DNA of 64,000 nucleotides from an uncultured bacterium (GTDB lineage: Bacteria > Verrucomicrobiota > Verrucomicrobiia > Limisphaerales > UBA8199): NCBI GenBank assembly GCA_963749495.1, contig CAVVMW010000025.1:13378-77377 (forward strand), read 5' to 3'. Position 1 is the first letter of the stretch. Each line of letters begins with the position of its first letter. This document shows positions 30,656 through 41,992 of this stretch, one piece after another. The notes under the pieces are model-generated. The model ran no database searches and was not told the DNA's origin. It was given only the letters and a program-made list of their open reading frames with translations. The translations under genes were made by a program, and so were the position numbers.

Positions 30656-31925
30656 TCAGCCGCAGGCAAACCACAAATCCCAGGGCAAGTCCTCCTCCAA
30701 AGCCAGATCCAGGTCATGCGCCAGCTCTTTGAGGCTCACCTGGCCCAACCGGACCTGTTGACTGTGGAGCACCGCGTAGGCGCTAAAGAGGACGAAACCC
30801 AGGATTAAAATCAGCATTTGCGCCAGCATCGCCACCGGTTCGTGATGGTAGCAATGCTCCAGGTGGTAGAACTGCGTCAGTTCATTGAAAGCCTTGTTCT
30901 CGATGCCCCAGCGCCGGTGACCGCCCTCATAGACGACCCTGACCGGATAGCCAGCCAAGCCCTCCGATGCCATCCACCACCAGTCGCTGGTCTGGGGCTG
31001 AGAGGTCTTTTTTCCGCCCACCATTTTGTGCTGGATCCAGGTCTCCTGCGAATGGACCACCCGCACTTTGCGGCCGTAGCTCTTGCTGAAGTCCAGGTGT
31101 TTGACCTCCCACAGTCTGACGTGTCGGCCACGGGTTTTGTCGTCAAACTCCAGGGCGGGTTCTTGGCCGGCACTCAGGGCGCGCGCCTCTTGCAGGACTT
31201 CCATCCGTTCCTGTTTGAGTACCGACGATCCAGGCCCAGCCCAGCTTCTCCACCGCCTTCAAAAAGGGGCCTTGCACATACCAACCGTCAATGGTCACCA
31301 CGTCGAAAAAGCGCACACCGTAAAGCCGACGGATCCGCCCCAGCAGGCGCAGGGCGGCCTGGGCTTCCTCTTCCCCGGGACGGATAGGCTCCACGTCCAG
31401 CAGCACGTTGAACTTGGGCCCGTTGATCTGGGCAAAGACATACCGGTGGTAGTATTCGATCACCGTGTGTTTTTGGCCTTGGTCGTCGGTCTCTTGAATC
31501 TCCCTTTGGCAGCAGCACGGACAACAGCGACTGCGACTGTGGAAGTGTTCGTTGGCGTCCAAACTCAGGGGGAGCAGGCCGTTGATTTTACAGCTTTCCA
31601 GCGCCTTGTTGGCCTTCAGGTTCTTGTTCACCCCGGCCAGGTCTTGGCGCAAGTCCTCCAGGTAGAAACGCTCGCTCACATAATGAAAGGCGTCGTCGCT
31701 GATGCGCTGGCTCCAATGGATGAGGTGTCGCCAGCGCCGGCGCTTGGTTTGCTTGGAGATGTCCAGGTAGCTGCCGGCGCGCATGACGACTCCCAGCAGC
31801 AGGCTCAGGAACAAGGGCCGGGTGGGAATCTTGGCGTAGGGCCGAGAGTCACGCACCCCGCGCACCACCCGGTTCAGAGCGAAAACCTTGATGACGCAGC
31901 CCAAAAACTGGGCCAGTTCGTTCAT
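30656..31925 (-). CDS. DDE transposase (IS4/ISAs1-like), frameshift near 31215
   Basis: LSLDANE, VVTIDGWY, RRWGIENKAFNEL. Confidence 0.8.
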
Positions 31926-32293
31926 AAGGGTGCCGCAGCCAGCGGTTCGCCACGCCGGAGCAGTTCGCGATTGATTTGACTGATTTGGTCGAGCACCTCT
32001 TGCACCTGGGCATAAGCAGCCACGCCTTGACGTGCTTGGTCGAGCTGGTCCGGGGATTTGAGCAGGAGCGACTGCACCTGGCCTTTGGCGAAGCAGCGGT
32101 TGAGGTAGAAGAACGGCCCGTGCCTGGGACCGCCACTGTGGCAGCGGCAACTGGCTTTGCCACACTTGAGGAATCGCTCGATCAAGGAGGCGTGCAGGAC
32201 GCCCGGGGGCAGTTGGAAGGAGGGCAGGAGATGGGCCTTTCGCTGGCGCAGAGCCAGGGTCGAGGTGTGCTGGAGCATCTGTATCCTACTCAT
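31922..32293 (-). CDS. DUF6788-like IS accessory protein
   Basis: SLIERFLKCGKASCRCHSGGPRHGPFFYL; coupled to the transposase. Confidence 0.75.
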   Translation of the reverse strand: MSRIQMLQHTSTLALRQRKAHLLPSFQLPPGVLHASLIERFLKCGKASCRCHSGGPRHGPFFYLNRCFAKGQVQSLLLKSPDQLDQARQGVAAYAQVQEVLDQISQINRELLRRGEPLAAAPL

Positions 32294-32389
32294 ATATAGA
32301 TGTAGGATACCAAAGCGGGCGGGCAAAGCAAGCGAAAAAGAAAACGCCTCTATTTCCGAAAATGCCCTAACTGCCTGGGGTCAGGGAAA

Positions 32390-33668
32390 TTGCAAATAAA
32401 AACCCACGCACCTTACGGAATCGCTGCCTTTGTCGGCTTCGTCTACCAGGACATTCGCTTCTGCCGGGACCGCAGAGGCCGTGCCCGACGCATCGAGATC
32501 ACCCTCCAGCCCCATGCCGGCATTGCCGCCAAGTGCTCCCGGTGCCTGCAGCCAGCCCCTGGCTATGATCAGTTGCCCCAGCGGTCCTGGCTGTTTCCGC
32601 CGATGTGGGGCCTCAAGAGCTATTTCCTCTACCCCCCGCGGCGGGTCAATTGTCCGCAGGACGGGGTGGTCGTCGAGCATATCCCCTGGAGCCAGGGCAA
32701 GCAACCGGTGACGACGGCGATGATGGGCGTCTTGGCCCGCTGGGCTCGGCGGCTGTCCTGGAAGGAAACCGCCCAGGCCTTCCACACCAGTTGGGAGGCC
32801 GTTTACCGTTCGGTGCAGTGGTTCGTCCAATGGGGTTTGGAGCACCGGCGCCTGGAGGGTGTGGAGGCCATCGGAGTGGACGAGATCCATTGGGGCAAGG
32901 GCCAGAAGGCCGACAACTTCCTGACGGTGATTTACCAGATTGACCCCCACTGTCGGCGCTTGCTGTGGGTGGGCCGGCGGCGCACTCAAGCCACGTTGCG
33001 GCGGGGCTTGGCGGAATTGGGAGCCCCGGTGGTCAGCGCTTTGAAGTATGTGTGCAGCGACATGTGGAAGCCCTACCTGAAGGTGATCGCGGCCAAGATA
33101 CCACAGGCGCTCAACGTTCTGGACCGCTTTCATATCGTGGGGCACCTCAACGAGGCGGTGGACGAGGTGCGCCGGGGCGAGCAGTCGCGCTTGCACGGTC
33201 GTCCCCTGGCTCAGCGGCTCAAGGGCATGCGCTGGCAGTTGTTGCGCCGGGGCAGCCGGGTGCGGGGCCATGCCCGCTCCAAGCTCAACGCCCTGTTGGC
33301 CAGCAAGCTGGCGACGGCGCGGGCCTGGAACCTCAAGGAGAGCTTCGACTATCTTTGGCACTACCGTTCTCCGATCTATGTGGTGGCCTATCTGGGTTAT
33401 TGGTGCGCTCGAGCCATGCGCAGCCGGCTCGAACCGATGAAGAAGGTGGCCCGGATGCTTCGCGCCCATGAGCCGTTGATCTTGAATTGGTTCGAGGCCA
33501 AAGGCGAGCTTTCCAGCGCCGCCGTCGAGGGCCTGAACAACAAGATTCGAGTGGTGACCAGACGATCTTACGGCTTCCGCACCTATCCCGCCATGGAATT
33601 GGCCCTGTATCATAGCCTTGGCCGCTTACCCGAGCCTCGACTTACCCACACATTCTGCTGAGGAGGCA
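32390..33668 (+). mobile_element. ISL3-family element (transposase 32390..33661; left end not recognised)
   Basis: IGVDEIHW, CSDMWKPY, DRFHIV, VEGLNNK; right end ttctgctgaggaggc. Confidence 0.9.
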
Positions 33669-33818
33669 GAAAACAATCGCGGCCAATTCCTGCGGATTAC
33701 CGAAGCGGTCGGCGAACGGCGCAACACGATTATCATCCCAGCTCCCGGCCTGGAGGATTTCAGGAAGCTGCTGGAGGAAATGGTCGAATTCATCAGCGGA
33801 AGTCCCTCCAAGTTTTGA
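33669..33818 (+). pseudogene. C-terminal half of a PUR-like ssDNA/RNA-binding protein
   Basis: ENNRGQFLRITEAVGERRNTIIIPAPGLEDF directly after the ISL3 end. Confidence 0.7.
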
Positions 33819-33948
33819 TAGGGGGCTGTTCAGACGCAGGTGTTGAGCGTCGAGGGAATGAAGTGCCGCTTTTCGACACTCGCCGCAATAGCTTCAATGC
33901 TCCTTTCCCTTGCAAACACACGGCTTTGCGGTTACTCCTCTCTCCATT

Positions 33949-34112
33949 ATGGCAAAACCATTAACCAAATCTCAGATCACAACATCTCTGGCTGAAACGG
34001 TCGGAGTCAGCCACAAACAAGCCACCGAGACTCTGGAAGCCCTGGTCGCGCTGGCCTACAAAAACGCCAAGAACAGGTTCACCATTCCGGGCCTGGGCAA
34101 GCTGGTCCTGGT
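33949..34112 (+). pseudogene. HU-family DNA-binding protein truncated by IS21
   Basis: MAKPLTKSQI..LAYKNAKNRFTIPGLGKLVLV, then the IS21 end. Confidence 0.85.
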
Positions 34113-34439
34113 TGCGGATTCCAGCGAAAGCGGACACCTGTTCCAATCGAAAGCGGACACCTGTTCCAATTGATATCGGACAGTTGTCGGAGCGAAGCGA
34201 CGCTCTGGGGTTAATCATAAACAAGTGTCCGATATGAGTCAAGTTTCCGGTCTGGTTTTCGGAGCTCCGGAGGAGCGACGCGTTTTCCCGAGAACCAGAG
34301 ACGTCATCGCGCCGTGCATTTGCGCGGGCGGGCGAGCGGCGGAGACGGACTCCGAACCTCCAGTTCGCGTCTCCGCCGGTCGCCACGCGTAACGGACTCG
34401 CCCCGCCCGTGCAAATAGGCGCGCCACTGATCATCGAAC

Positions 34440-35201
34440 TCATTGATCCGAAGGCGTCTGGTTTTGGGGGCCGGCGCCGGTGTTTTTGCGCATCGACTCG
34501 CCCTTGAGTTCGATCCGATAGGCGTTGTGCACCAGGCGGTCCAGAATGGCGTCAGCGACCGTGGCATCAGCAATGATTTCGTGCCACTGGTGGACGGGAA
34601 ACTGGCTGGTCATAAGGGTGGCTCCCTGGCCGTGGCGGTCGTCCAGGATCTCCAGCAAGTCGCGATACGCTTTGCCGGTGACGCTGGCAATACCCAGATC
34701 ATCGATGATCAGCAAGGGGGCGCGGGCCATCTTCTTGAGCAGGGAAAGGAGGCTGCCATCGGCTTGGGCGGTCTGCAGGGCGCGGAAGAGCTTGGGCGCA
34801 TAATAGTAGAGGCTGCGGTGTCCATCCCGGCAGGCCTGGTGGCCCAAGGCACAGGCCAAGTAGGTTTTGCCAATGCCGGCGGGGCCGGTGATGAGGCAGT
34901 TGCGCTTTTCCTGGATCCACTGGGAAGCGCGGAGTTGCTCGATCTGCGCCCGCTTGAGACCGCGTGGGTGACGATAATCAATGGCCTCCAGGCTGGCGGC
35001 GATTTTAAGTTGGGCCGACTTGAGGCGCGTCGAGAGCGAGCGGTTCTCTTTCCAGCTCCATTGCCGTTCGACCAGCAGGCCCACGCGAGCTTCAAAATCC
35101 AACTGGCTAATATCGGTCTGACGGCGCTGTTCTTCCAAGGCCTGAGCCAGGCCGTCCAGGCGCAGGGCGTAGAGCTTTTCCAGAGTTTGAGTGTAGAGCA
35201 T
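34440..35201 (-). CDS. istB: IS21 helper ATPase IstB
   Basis: GPAGIGKTYLA, LLIIDDLG, ADAILDRLVHNAYRIELKGESMRK. Confidence 0.95.
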   Translation of the reverse strand: MLYTQTLEKLYALRLDGLAQALEEQRRQTDISQLDFEARVGLLVERQWSWKENRSLSTRLKSAQLKIAASLEAIDYRHPRGLKRAQIEQLRASQWIQEKRNCLITGPAGIGKTYLACALGHQACRDGHRSLYYYAPKLFRALQTAQADGSLLSLLKKMARAPLLIIDDLGIASVTGKAYRDLLEILDDRHGQGATLMTSQFPVHQWHEIIADATVADAILDRLVHNAYRIELKGESMRKNTGAGPQNQTPSDQ

Positions 35202-35205
35202 AGGT

Positions 35206-36795
35206 TCAGGGATCGGTTGACGGGTTTGCGGGCGTTGAGGGGTTTGAGCTTGGGTCGTAGTAAGGGCCACCGCGCAGGTTGTCGTGCGGCGGGTTGGGCA
35301 GATGCAGTTGCTCTTCCAGGGGTTGGTTTTCCAGGTGGTTTTGGAGGATGGATTTGATGCTCCGATAGGAGCAGGTGCTAAAGTGCAGCGCCCGTTTGCA
35401 GGCGGCTTCCAGGCGCTCCAGACCCGCCCCCTTGCCCAGATGGATGATGCCCATGCAGGAGCGATAACCCATTTCCGGATGCGGCTGGCGGCTGAGGATT
35501 TGTTCGACCGCTTGGGCGCAGTGGGGACCGGTTTTGGCGGCCCAGTCGATCAGGCGGCTTGGGGTCCATTGCAGGTGTTTTTGATGGGACTTGGGCCGGT
35601 GTTCATCCAGCGTGGTGGCACGTCCCGCCAGAGACCTGAGCGCGTGAGCCGCGACCCGTTTGCCCTGATGAAACAACTCCACCGTGGAATCGGTTTTCCG
35701 GACGTCCAGCAGCTCATGGATCAGTTGATAGGGAACGCTGTAGAAGTGGTGGTCCACCACGACGTGATAATCGATGTTGGCTCGGGCCTGCGACCAGACG
35801 GCCAACTGGAACGGCATGGCCGGCAGGGGCAGAAGCTGGCCTTTTTCCAACGATTCAAACCAACTGTTCCGCGAGCCTTCGAGCTTCTGGAAGGGTTGCT
35901 CATTGAGCTTGGCCAACAACGGAGCGATCGCTTGATTCAAAGCGCCCACACCGAAGAAGCGCTGGTCGCGCAAGCGGGCCAGGATTTGCCGTTCGGCAAT
36001 CTGCACTGCGGTTTCGACCTGGGCCTTGTCGCGGGGACGAGCCGGTCTGGCCGGCAGCACGACCGTCCCGTAGTGCTCCGCCATCTCCGCACACGTGCGA
36101 TGCAATTGCGGTTCATAACGACAAGCCCGCACCACTGCGGTCTTGGGATTATCCGGCACAGTTACCCTGGCAACACCGCCATAAAAAGCGTAGGCATGGA
36201 CGTGCCCCGCGATCCAGCAGGGCAGTTGCTCGTCGGGGAAGGCCTCGACGAAGGTCTTGTTGCTGGCTCCCAGCACGGCCACGAACAGATGCCCTTGACT
36301 CAGACTGCCATCGGTGGCGTTGTGGATCGGCACGGTCTGGCCGGCCCAGTCCACGAACATCTTCTGCCCCGGCACATGCACCTGGCGCAACACCGGATCC
36401 AGGGTTCCTTCCCAGTCCCGATACAGTTCGCAAAAACGGCTGTAGGCATAGCCCTCGGGATGGATTTGGTGGTATTCGTTCCACAACAACTGCAACGTTA
36501 CTGCCTTGCGGCGCAACTCCTGGTGGATCTGTTTCCAGTCGGGCAAAGCTCTGGCCGGCGGGTTCACCACCGCCTGGCCGGTGCTGCCCAGCAGCTTTTC
36601 GACGAGTTGCTCCTCAGTCAGTTCCTCCGGTAGCGGCCAGTTCAGCCCGACGCTTTCAGCTCGCTTGAGGTAGTCGCCCACGGTGCTGATCGGCAGGCCG
36701 CAACTGCGGGCGATTTCGCGTACCGACAGCCCATGCTCATGCTTGAGTCGAAGTAGTTCTTTAATTTGACGCATAGATAATGTCTCTCGTGCCAT
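35206..36795 (-). CDS. istA: IS21 transposase IstA
   Basis: YSRFCELY, MFVDWAG, VPDNPKTAV, PRDKAQVE. Confidence 0.95.
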   Translation of the reverse strand: MARETLSMRQIKELLRLKHEHGLSVREIARSCGLPISTVGDYLKRAESVGLNWPLPEELTEEQLVEKLLGSTGQAVVNPPARALPDWKQIHQELRRKAVTLQLLWNEYHQIHPEGYAYSRFCELYRDWEGTLDPVLRQVHVPGQKMFVDWAGQTVPIHNATDGSLSQGHLFVAVLGASNKTFVEAFPDEQLPCWIAGHVHAYAFYGGVARVTVPDNPKTAVVRACRYEPQLHRTCAEMAEHYGTVVLPARPARPRDKAQVETAVQIAERQILARLRDQRFFGVGALNQAIAPLLAKLNEQPFQKLEGSRNSWFESLEKGQLLPLPAMPFQLAVWSQARANIDYHVVVDHHFYSVPYQLIHELLDVRKTDSTVELFHQGKRVAAHALRSLAGRATTLDEHRPKSHQKHLQWTPSRLIDWAAKTGPHCAQAVEQILSRQPHPEMGYRSCMGIIHLGKGAGLERLEAACKRALHFSTCSYRSIKSILQNHLENQPLEEQLHLPNPPHDNLRGGPYYDPSSNPSTPANPSTDP

Positions 36796-37077
36796 AATGA
36801 TGCCTGCTACGATGGGTTCAAATCGCAACAGCCACACTTCTGGCAGCTTATCTTGCGTCGCTCCGCTCCTTATGAGTTCCGACCAGTTCGGACACCGTTC
36901 CGAGGCAAGTCGGACACCCTTCCGACGATGTCGGACACCGTGCCGACGCACCGGAAAAGTGTCCGATATGATTTCGGAATCACTGTCCGATATCAATCGG
37001 AACCGGTGTCCGATTTGAATTGGAATGCCTGTCCGATATGAATCGGAATGGGTGTCCGACAAGCGTCGGAATACGCA

Positions 37078-37349
37078 ACATAGACCGTGGGATTGTTAGG
37101 GCTGCCGAGAGGTCCAATGCTCAGACTCCAGAATTCATCGAGCACATCCAGGATTTCGATTGATGGGGCCTTGCTAAAGTCAGATTCCTCCCGCTCCAAA
37201 AAGGCCTGGAAATGTTTGGCGACCTCGGGGAAGACCAAGGCCGCGGCTCCATTGGCTGTGGTTGGGTTCGGGGGTGGAGATTGAGACATTATTGTGCCGT
37301 TGTCGGTTTCTGTAAGATATTGGCTGTTCATGCAGCTTACTGAGTTCAT
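37078..37349 (-). pseudogene. Hypothetical ORF truncated by IS21
   Basis: Reading frame runs into the IS21 end. Confidence 0.4.
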
Positions 37350-37360
37350 GTAGATTATCT

Positions 37361-37903
37361 TTATGATTGGGTTCGAGTCCTACTGGCTCGCGTATCCTTC
37401 ACTTTCGACTCCTGCGCTTCGGTAGGTGGCAAAGAAGGAAGCGCTGGTTTTTCGGCCGCCCTAGGGGTGGGTCTCTTCAGGAACCTTCGAGGCAGATCCG
37501 TGCTCTTGCTCGACATGCTGCCGGAAGTCGATGCTCCACTTGCTCTGTCCTCCCCTGGTCTCCTCAAATACTGGCGCGGGTCCTGATATTCTGCCTCCTG
37601 ACGCTTTTTCAGGAGTTCCGCGTCGCTTCGTTCATAAATGCAGATCGGCCTCACGGTCCATTTCTCCCTGGCACTGTTGTAGGCGTCGATATATTTGCGC
37701 TTCAGATCCTCGTCAACGGTGATTACAGGAACCGGGTACTCCTTCACCATCGCCCAGCAGTCTTCCAGCTTCTTCCTGCCCTCGTTGATCGCCTTCATGT
37801 CCTCGGCAGTGTAGGTTAGCCCGTAGTTCGTGCATTCAACAGTGATGTCCACGAGTTTGCGGTCCTCGGGGCGTTCGTCGTCCCAGATCCAGCGCTCTTC
37901 CAC
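37361..37903 (-). CDS. Hypothetical protein
   Basis: 180 aa ORF, protein-like composition, no recognised motif. Confidence 0.45.
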   Translation of the reverse strand: MEERWIWDDERPEDRKLVDITVECTNYGLTYTAEDMKAINEGRKKLEDCWAMVKEYPVPVITVDEDLKRKYIDAYNSAREKWTVRPICIYERSDAELLKKRQEAEYQDPRQYLRRPGEDRASGASTSGSMSSKSTDLPRRFLKRPTPRAAEKPALPSLPPTEAQESKVKDTRASRTRTQS

Positions 37904-38005
37904 CTGTGCGCTAGCGAAGGGATTGCGCCGTGGATACTCACCTGCAATGGTGACGCCCTACATGGATTCTGTAAGAGTTGTAAGTAATTGATAGAAAGCA
38001 AGATA

Positions 38006-38028
38006 TGGAGCGAGCGAAGGGATTCGAA
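38006..38028 (-). other. tRNA-Gly 3'-end duplicate (att site remnant)
   Basis: Reverse complement ttcgaatcccttcgctcgctcca with no 5' half. Confidence 0.7.
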
Positions 38029-38930
38029 TCATAAACCGGCTTTTTCGCATCTCTCTAAGCCACAGCAGGTTAAGCACTTACGAACTTCGTGTTCGGCGCG
38101 AAATCCGCACCAAAGGGCACCGAGGCGCACGGAGGTTGATGCAAATTGATGCAAAAGTTCCACTGGCACGCCTTGACGAGACCACTGCGGCTGTCCCAGT
38201 CCAGTCGCACGAGCAATTCCCAGATCAATATCTTGCCGTATTCATCTGCCGCTCTGAACAAGCCTACGACTACCATACCTGCTCCGGTCTGGCAAGGGAA
38301 GGCTCGTTCGTTTTCGCTCGTTGGTCGCAAGCGCGAGTTTATTCGGACGTTGGCCATTCCCCGCCGCGCGACCCTGGTTCTAGCCAACTGGAGGGAGTTG
38401 GAATCGGAGGGTTGAAGCTGGTGCATTGTGCCTCGGGAAGGGCTTGAACCTGCAACCGTCTGATCCGAATTCAACGCTTGCCGTCGAGAAGAGTCTTCAA
38501 CTTCGAGGTGATTTCTGCCACGGCTTTAGCGGGCGACCAAACAGGGTTGCGATCTTGATCCCAATTCACGGGGGAAGGGGTATCGCAAAAAATCCCGTAG
38601 GCCCGGAAGGCTCGCCGGCCTTCTGATACGTGCCATCAGAAGGCGCTGGTCATGTCCGGCGGTTCGGGTTGGCGCCTTGTCCAAGACTCGATGGTGTTCA
38701 GGATGTGCATAGTCGCGTCCATTTCCCCTCCTCGTGCGTTGGTGTGGACGCACGAGATCCACTGGCTTGCGTTGAAACACGCGGTCAACCAACGGTCGCA
38801 GTTGCCCTCTCGGTGAAACCGGAGGCGGGGTAAACCGCGCTGATTCTTTGAACGCGTGAAGGAATCTCAGAGACCTACGGTCGCTTGGCACTTGATTCCG
38901 CCTTGCTCTTGGCGATTACGGGGAGACACT

Positions 38931-39140
38931 ATGCCGAACATGACAAACGATTCGAGCAGCACCAGGGCCAACCTCATCGAACGTCATGGGGTAGAAGATG
39001 CCCAGCGTGCTCAGCGGTTGTTCACGATTGGCTATGGCGGTCGGAAGCCGGAGGAATTGATCGTGCTCTTGCGCAGCCGAGGCGCGAGTAGCATCGTGGA
39101 CGTGCGGTTGCGGCCCGACCGAGCGGCGATGGGCGTTTAG
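38931..39140 (+). pseudogene. DUF488 N-terminal fragment
   Basis: [26 protein letters not shown] then stop. Confidence 0.65.
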
Positions 39141-40642
39141 ACCTCGGTTCAGAAGTATCCAGACATGAGCGCCACGGGAGCGCGGTTGGGCCGCTTCTCC
39201 CAGTACATCGGCGTCCAGGGTGTACTCCGCGAGGCCGAACGCGGCGGCCTCGTTCATGGCACCCAACGTGTAAGCGCCGACTCGCTTCGCCACGGTCGCC
39301 AAGTCTGCCCTCAATTTCTTCCAGACGCTTTTGTACGCGTCTTGTACCGTGGCCGCGGCATCGGAGGAGAAGTCCTTGAGCCTGTAGAGCCTCGTTTCCG
39401 GCCGCGCCGCCTCGAACACGTCAGCCCTCCGCAGGTCGGCGGCGATGAGGCCGGGATCTCCGCCAGCGCCGAGGCGGCCTGGCGCGAGATGTGGGCCTTC
39501 ACGCGCTCTGGGCGCAGTTACCCGGGAGCGAACCGCCGGCTTGACGAAACTAAACCTTCGGAAGAAAAGAGACGCAATCACGCGGCTCTTTTCTTCTTCT
39601 CGTGTTGGCACATTTCGGCCCAACCCAGGTAGTTGATCGTCGAGCTGCAATTGCAACCATCCTTGATGCCGTTTCGCCTGCGTGGGCAGCCTGGTCCCTG
39701 AACGCAGGTCGCACGATCCTCAGATGGCCGGAACTTCCGCACAACGGGTAGTCAACGACACATATTCAGGGAACCCTTGTATGACGAATATCAGATGAAG
39801 AGCCGAGAACTCAACAAAATCACATGCGGCGTATGACGAATAGAGAGAATATGTCACGTGTGCAAAGAAACTCCCGCGTCGGTTTTTGAGGCAACGCGGC
39901 TCCAGCCTCGCTCGGTTTGAGCTTGGCTGGGTTTAGGGTTAGCAGCAGCGGTGAGTGTTGTGGAGCGGTAGTCGTTTTCCACGAGGCGGAGGTCTGTTGG
40001 GACAACGGCGGTGGTTTTCGGTCGGGGGGTGCGGAGTTTAGGGAGTGGGGAGATTGGTTGCAGGAAAAGACGGCGTCGGGCAGCGACGGGCGGGTGACCC
40101 CATGGCCACCCTATGGCGTGGCCGGGTCGCCGGCGATCGGGTGCCAGACATGGGGTTGCGGGGCGGATGGTGTTGGGACCAATGCCAGGGATTGGGGATC
40201 GGTGTTGTGTGGTCATCCGGGTTGGTTTGGCGGAGGTCCGGAGTGGGCGTGGCGGCATTAGAGGGCAGTGGCCGCTACGAGCGACGGGACTGTCGGTCCG
40301 GGGGCCATCGGGGTTGCTTTGGTGGCGGCGTTTCGGGGAGATGATGATTGGACTGGGACAGGGGTTGTCGTTGGGCCGCCAGGGGTTTGCGCGTGGTTTG
40401 AGGATTGAGGTCTGGCTGGGGCATCTCGAGGCGGGACCGCCAGGGCTGATCTGGCGGGTGGCAGCCCTGCCGTTTTTTGGGGGCTGGATCACGGCGTTGA
40501 TGCTCCCCATCGCCGCCCGAACGCGCACTTCCCAGCCGGAGCGGAGACTGAAACGTTGTCCATTGGTGTCCGCCATTGCCTGAACCAGGCGCGCAAGCCG
40601 CCGGACGTGGGACCGACCCTGGCCGTTTGGGCTCGAGATTGT

Positions 40643-41992
40643 TCACTTTCCGATTGTCTGCTGGGGCGGTTCGATTTCGACCAGCAGAACTTCATCCGGA
40701 ACTTCCAGTTTTGCCTGACTCGAGGCCGCGAGTCGTTCTGTGGGCTCGGCGGAAGCGTTTGGCCGGAAGAGACGGATCTCGGGCGCGGTCCAGGGCAACG
40801 TCAGGGTTACCGTTGCCTGGGGCACCTCGAGGTCACGGTGGGTTTTCGCATCGTAGGGGGCCACTTCCTGGAAGAGGGCAAGCCAGAACGTGCCGTCCCG
40901 CTTTTGCAGCAGGGTTAGGTGGAGATCGTTGGTCGCTCCGGAAAGCTGGAAGGCCAGAGAGCCCGTCGGGCTGGCCGGGCCGGGGTCGGCCAAAAGGTGG
41001 AGCAGGTTCTTGAGCGCATGGAAGGCCGGCTTGGGCGCGCCGTTGGTACGGACCAGGCCAAAGTGCCTCTCCATATCGGTGAAGCCGGGGTCGGGTTTCT
41101 CGTCGAGCAGTTCGTATTTGTAAGCCCTGGTCATGCCCCGGTTGAAATAGACGAACAACAGGCGCGGCAGGTATTTCGCGTGCGCCGCCTCGCTCACGCC
41201 CGGATGCCCCTGCTCCTCCATCCGGTTATGATAGCCGCACTCGGTCACCAGGATTGGCTTGTCGCCGCTGACCTTGCCGGCTTCGGCAATGGCGCGCTCC
41301 ATGGACAAGCCCCAGCCCCAGTGCCGGCTGGGCGGGTTGCCGGCGGCGTAGGGATGCATGTTGCCAAAATCCAGATACGGCGTCAGGTCACCCAGCTTGG
41401 CCAGGCTGTCGCGCAGGTTCGCCACGGAGGAGACAGCCACGGGCAGGTCCCGGGTTGCCGGGTCGCCCTTGACCGCCCCGTAAAGCCTCTGTTGCTCGGC
41501 TCGGATCCGCGGGACCCAGTCCCCTCCGCGCCCATCCGGCTCGTTGACCCCCTCGATGGCGAAGAGCACGGACCGGAGCTGTCGCGCCCGTTCGACTGCC
41601 CGCTTTGAATCCGTGATGAACAGGAGCCGAATGCCGTGCTGGCCCAGGTCGAGGTATTTGCGCAATACGTCGTCATTGAAGGTGCCATCCCGGATATGCC
41701 GGACACCCAGTTCCATCAAGCGGGGTTTGACCATGCCTTCGTAATCGCCGTAGGCGGTGTCATAGTAGCCGAGGTGCGTATTGACACCAAAAAAGTCCAC
41801 GAAAGCATCGGCAGGCCGGGTCGATTCGGCCCTGGTAGTGGCCGAGGCGGCGCACAGCGCCATGGCCAGGACAGAGCTGAAAGCCGGCGCCAGCCGTATG
41901 AAGAGCTGGAGCGCTTTGGGACGTCGGCAAGCCGGGATCCCCTCGGCGGTGGCGGCGATGGGGCCGCGATGACATGTCAGGCTAAGTTTCAT
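40643..41992 (-). CDS. Secreted clan GH-A glycoside hydrolase-like protein
   Basis: FGVNTH, EGVNEPD, NMHPY, ILVTECGY, HFGLV..PKPAF. Confidence 0.75.
   Translation of the reverse strand: MKLSLTCHRGPIAATAEGIPACRRPKALQLFIRLAPAFSSVLAMALCAASATTRAESTRPADAFVDFFGVNTHLGYYDTAYGDYEGMVKPRLMELGVRHIRDGTFNDDVLRKYLDLGQHGIRLLFITDSKRAVERARQLRSVLFAIEGVNEPDGRGGDWVPRIRAEQQRLYGAVKGDPATRDLPVAVSSVANLRDSLAKLGDLTPYLDFGNMHPYAAGNPPSRHWGWGLSMERAIAEAGKVSGDKPILVTECGYHNRMEEQGHPGVSEAAHAKYLPRLLFVYFNRGMTRAYKYELLDEKPDPGFTDMERHFGLVRTNGAPKPAFHALKNLLHLLADPGPASPTGSLAFQLSGATNDLHLTLLQKRDGTFWLALFQEVAPYDAKTHRDLEVPQATVTLTLPWTAPEIRLFRPNASAEPTERLAASSQAKLEVPDEVLLVEIEPPQQTIGK

Larger units (their letters stand above)
34113..37077 (-). mobile_element. 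IS21-family element
   Basis: TG..CA ends tgcggattccagcgaaagcggacacc / ggtgtccgacaagcgtcggaatacgca, with multiple internal cggacac repeats. Confidence 0.92.

Noticed and set aside
36880..37077. Regularly spaced cggacac/tgtccga repeats resembling a CRISPR array
   Set aside because: They are IS21 terminal transposase-binding repeats; no unique spacers or cas genes
39850..40580. G/T-skewed stretch, possibly a decayed transposase end
   Set aside because: No recognisable motif or ends could be supported
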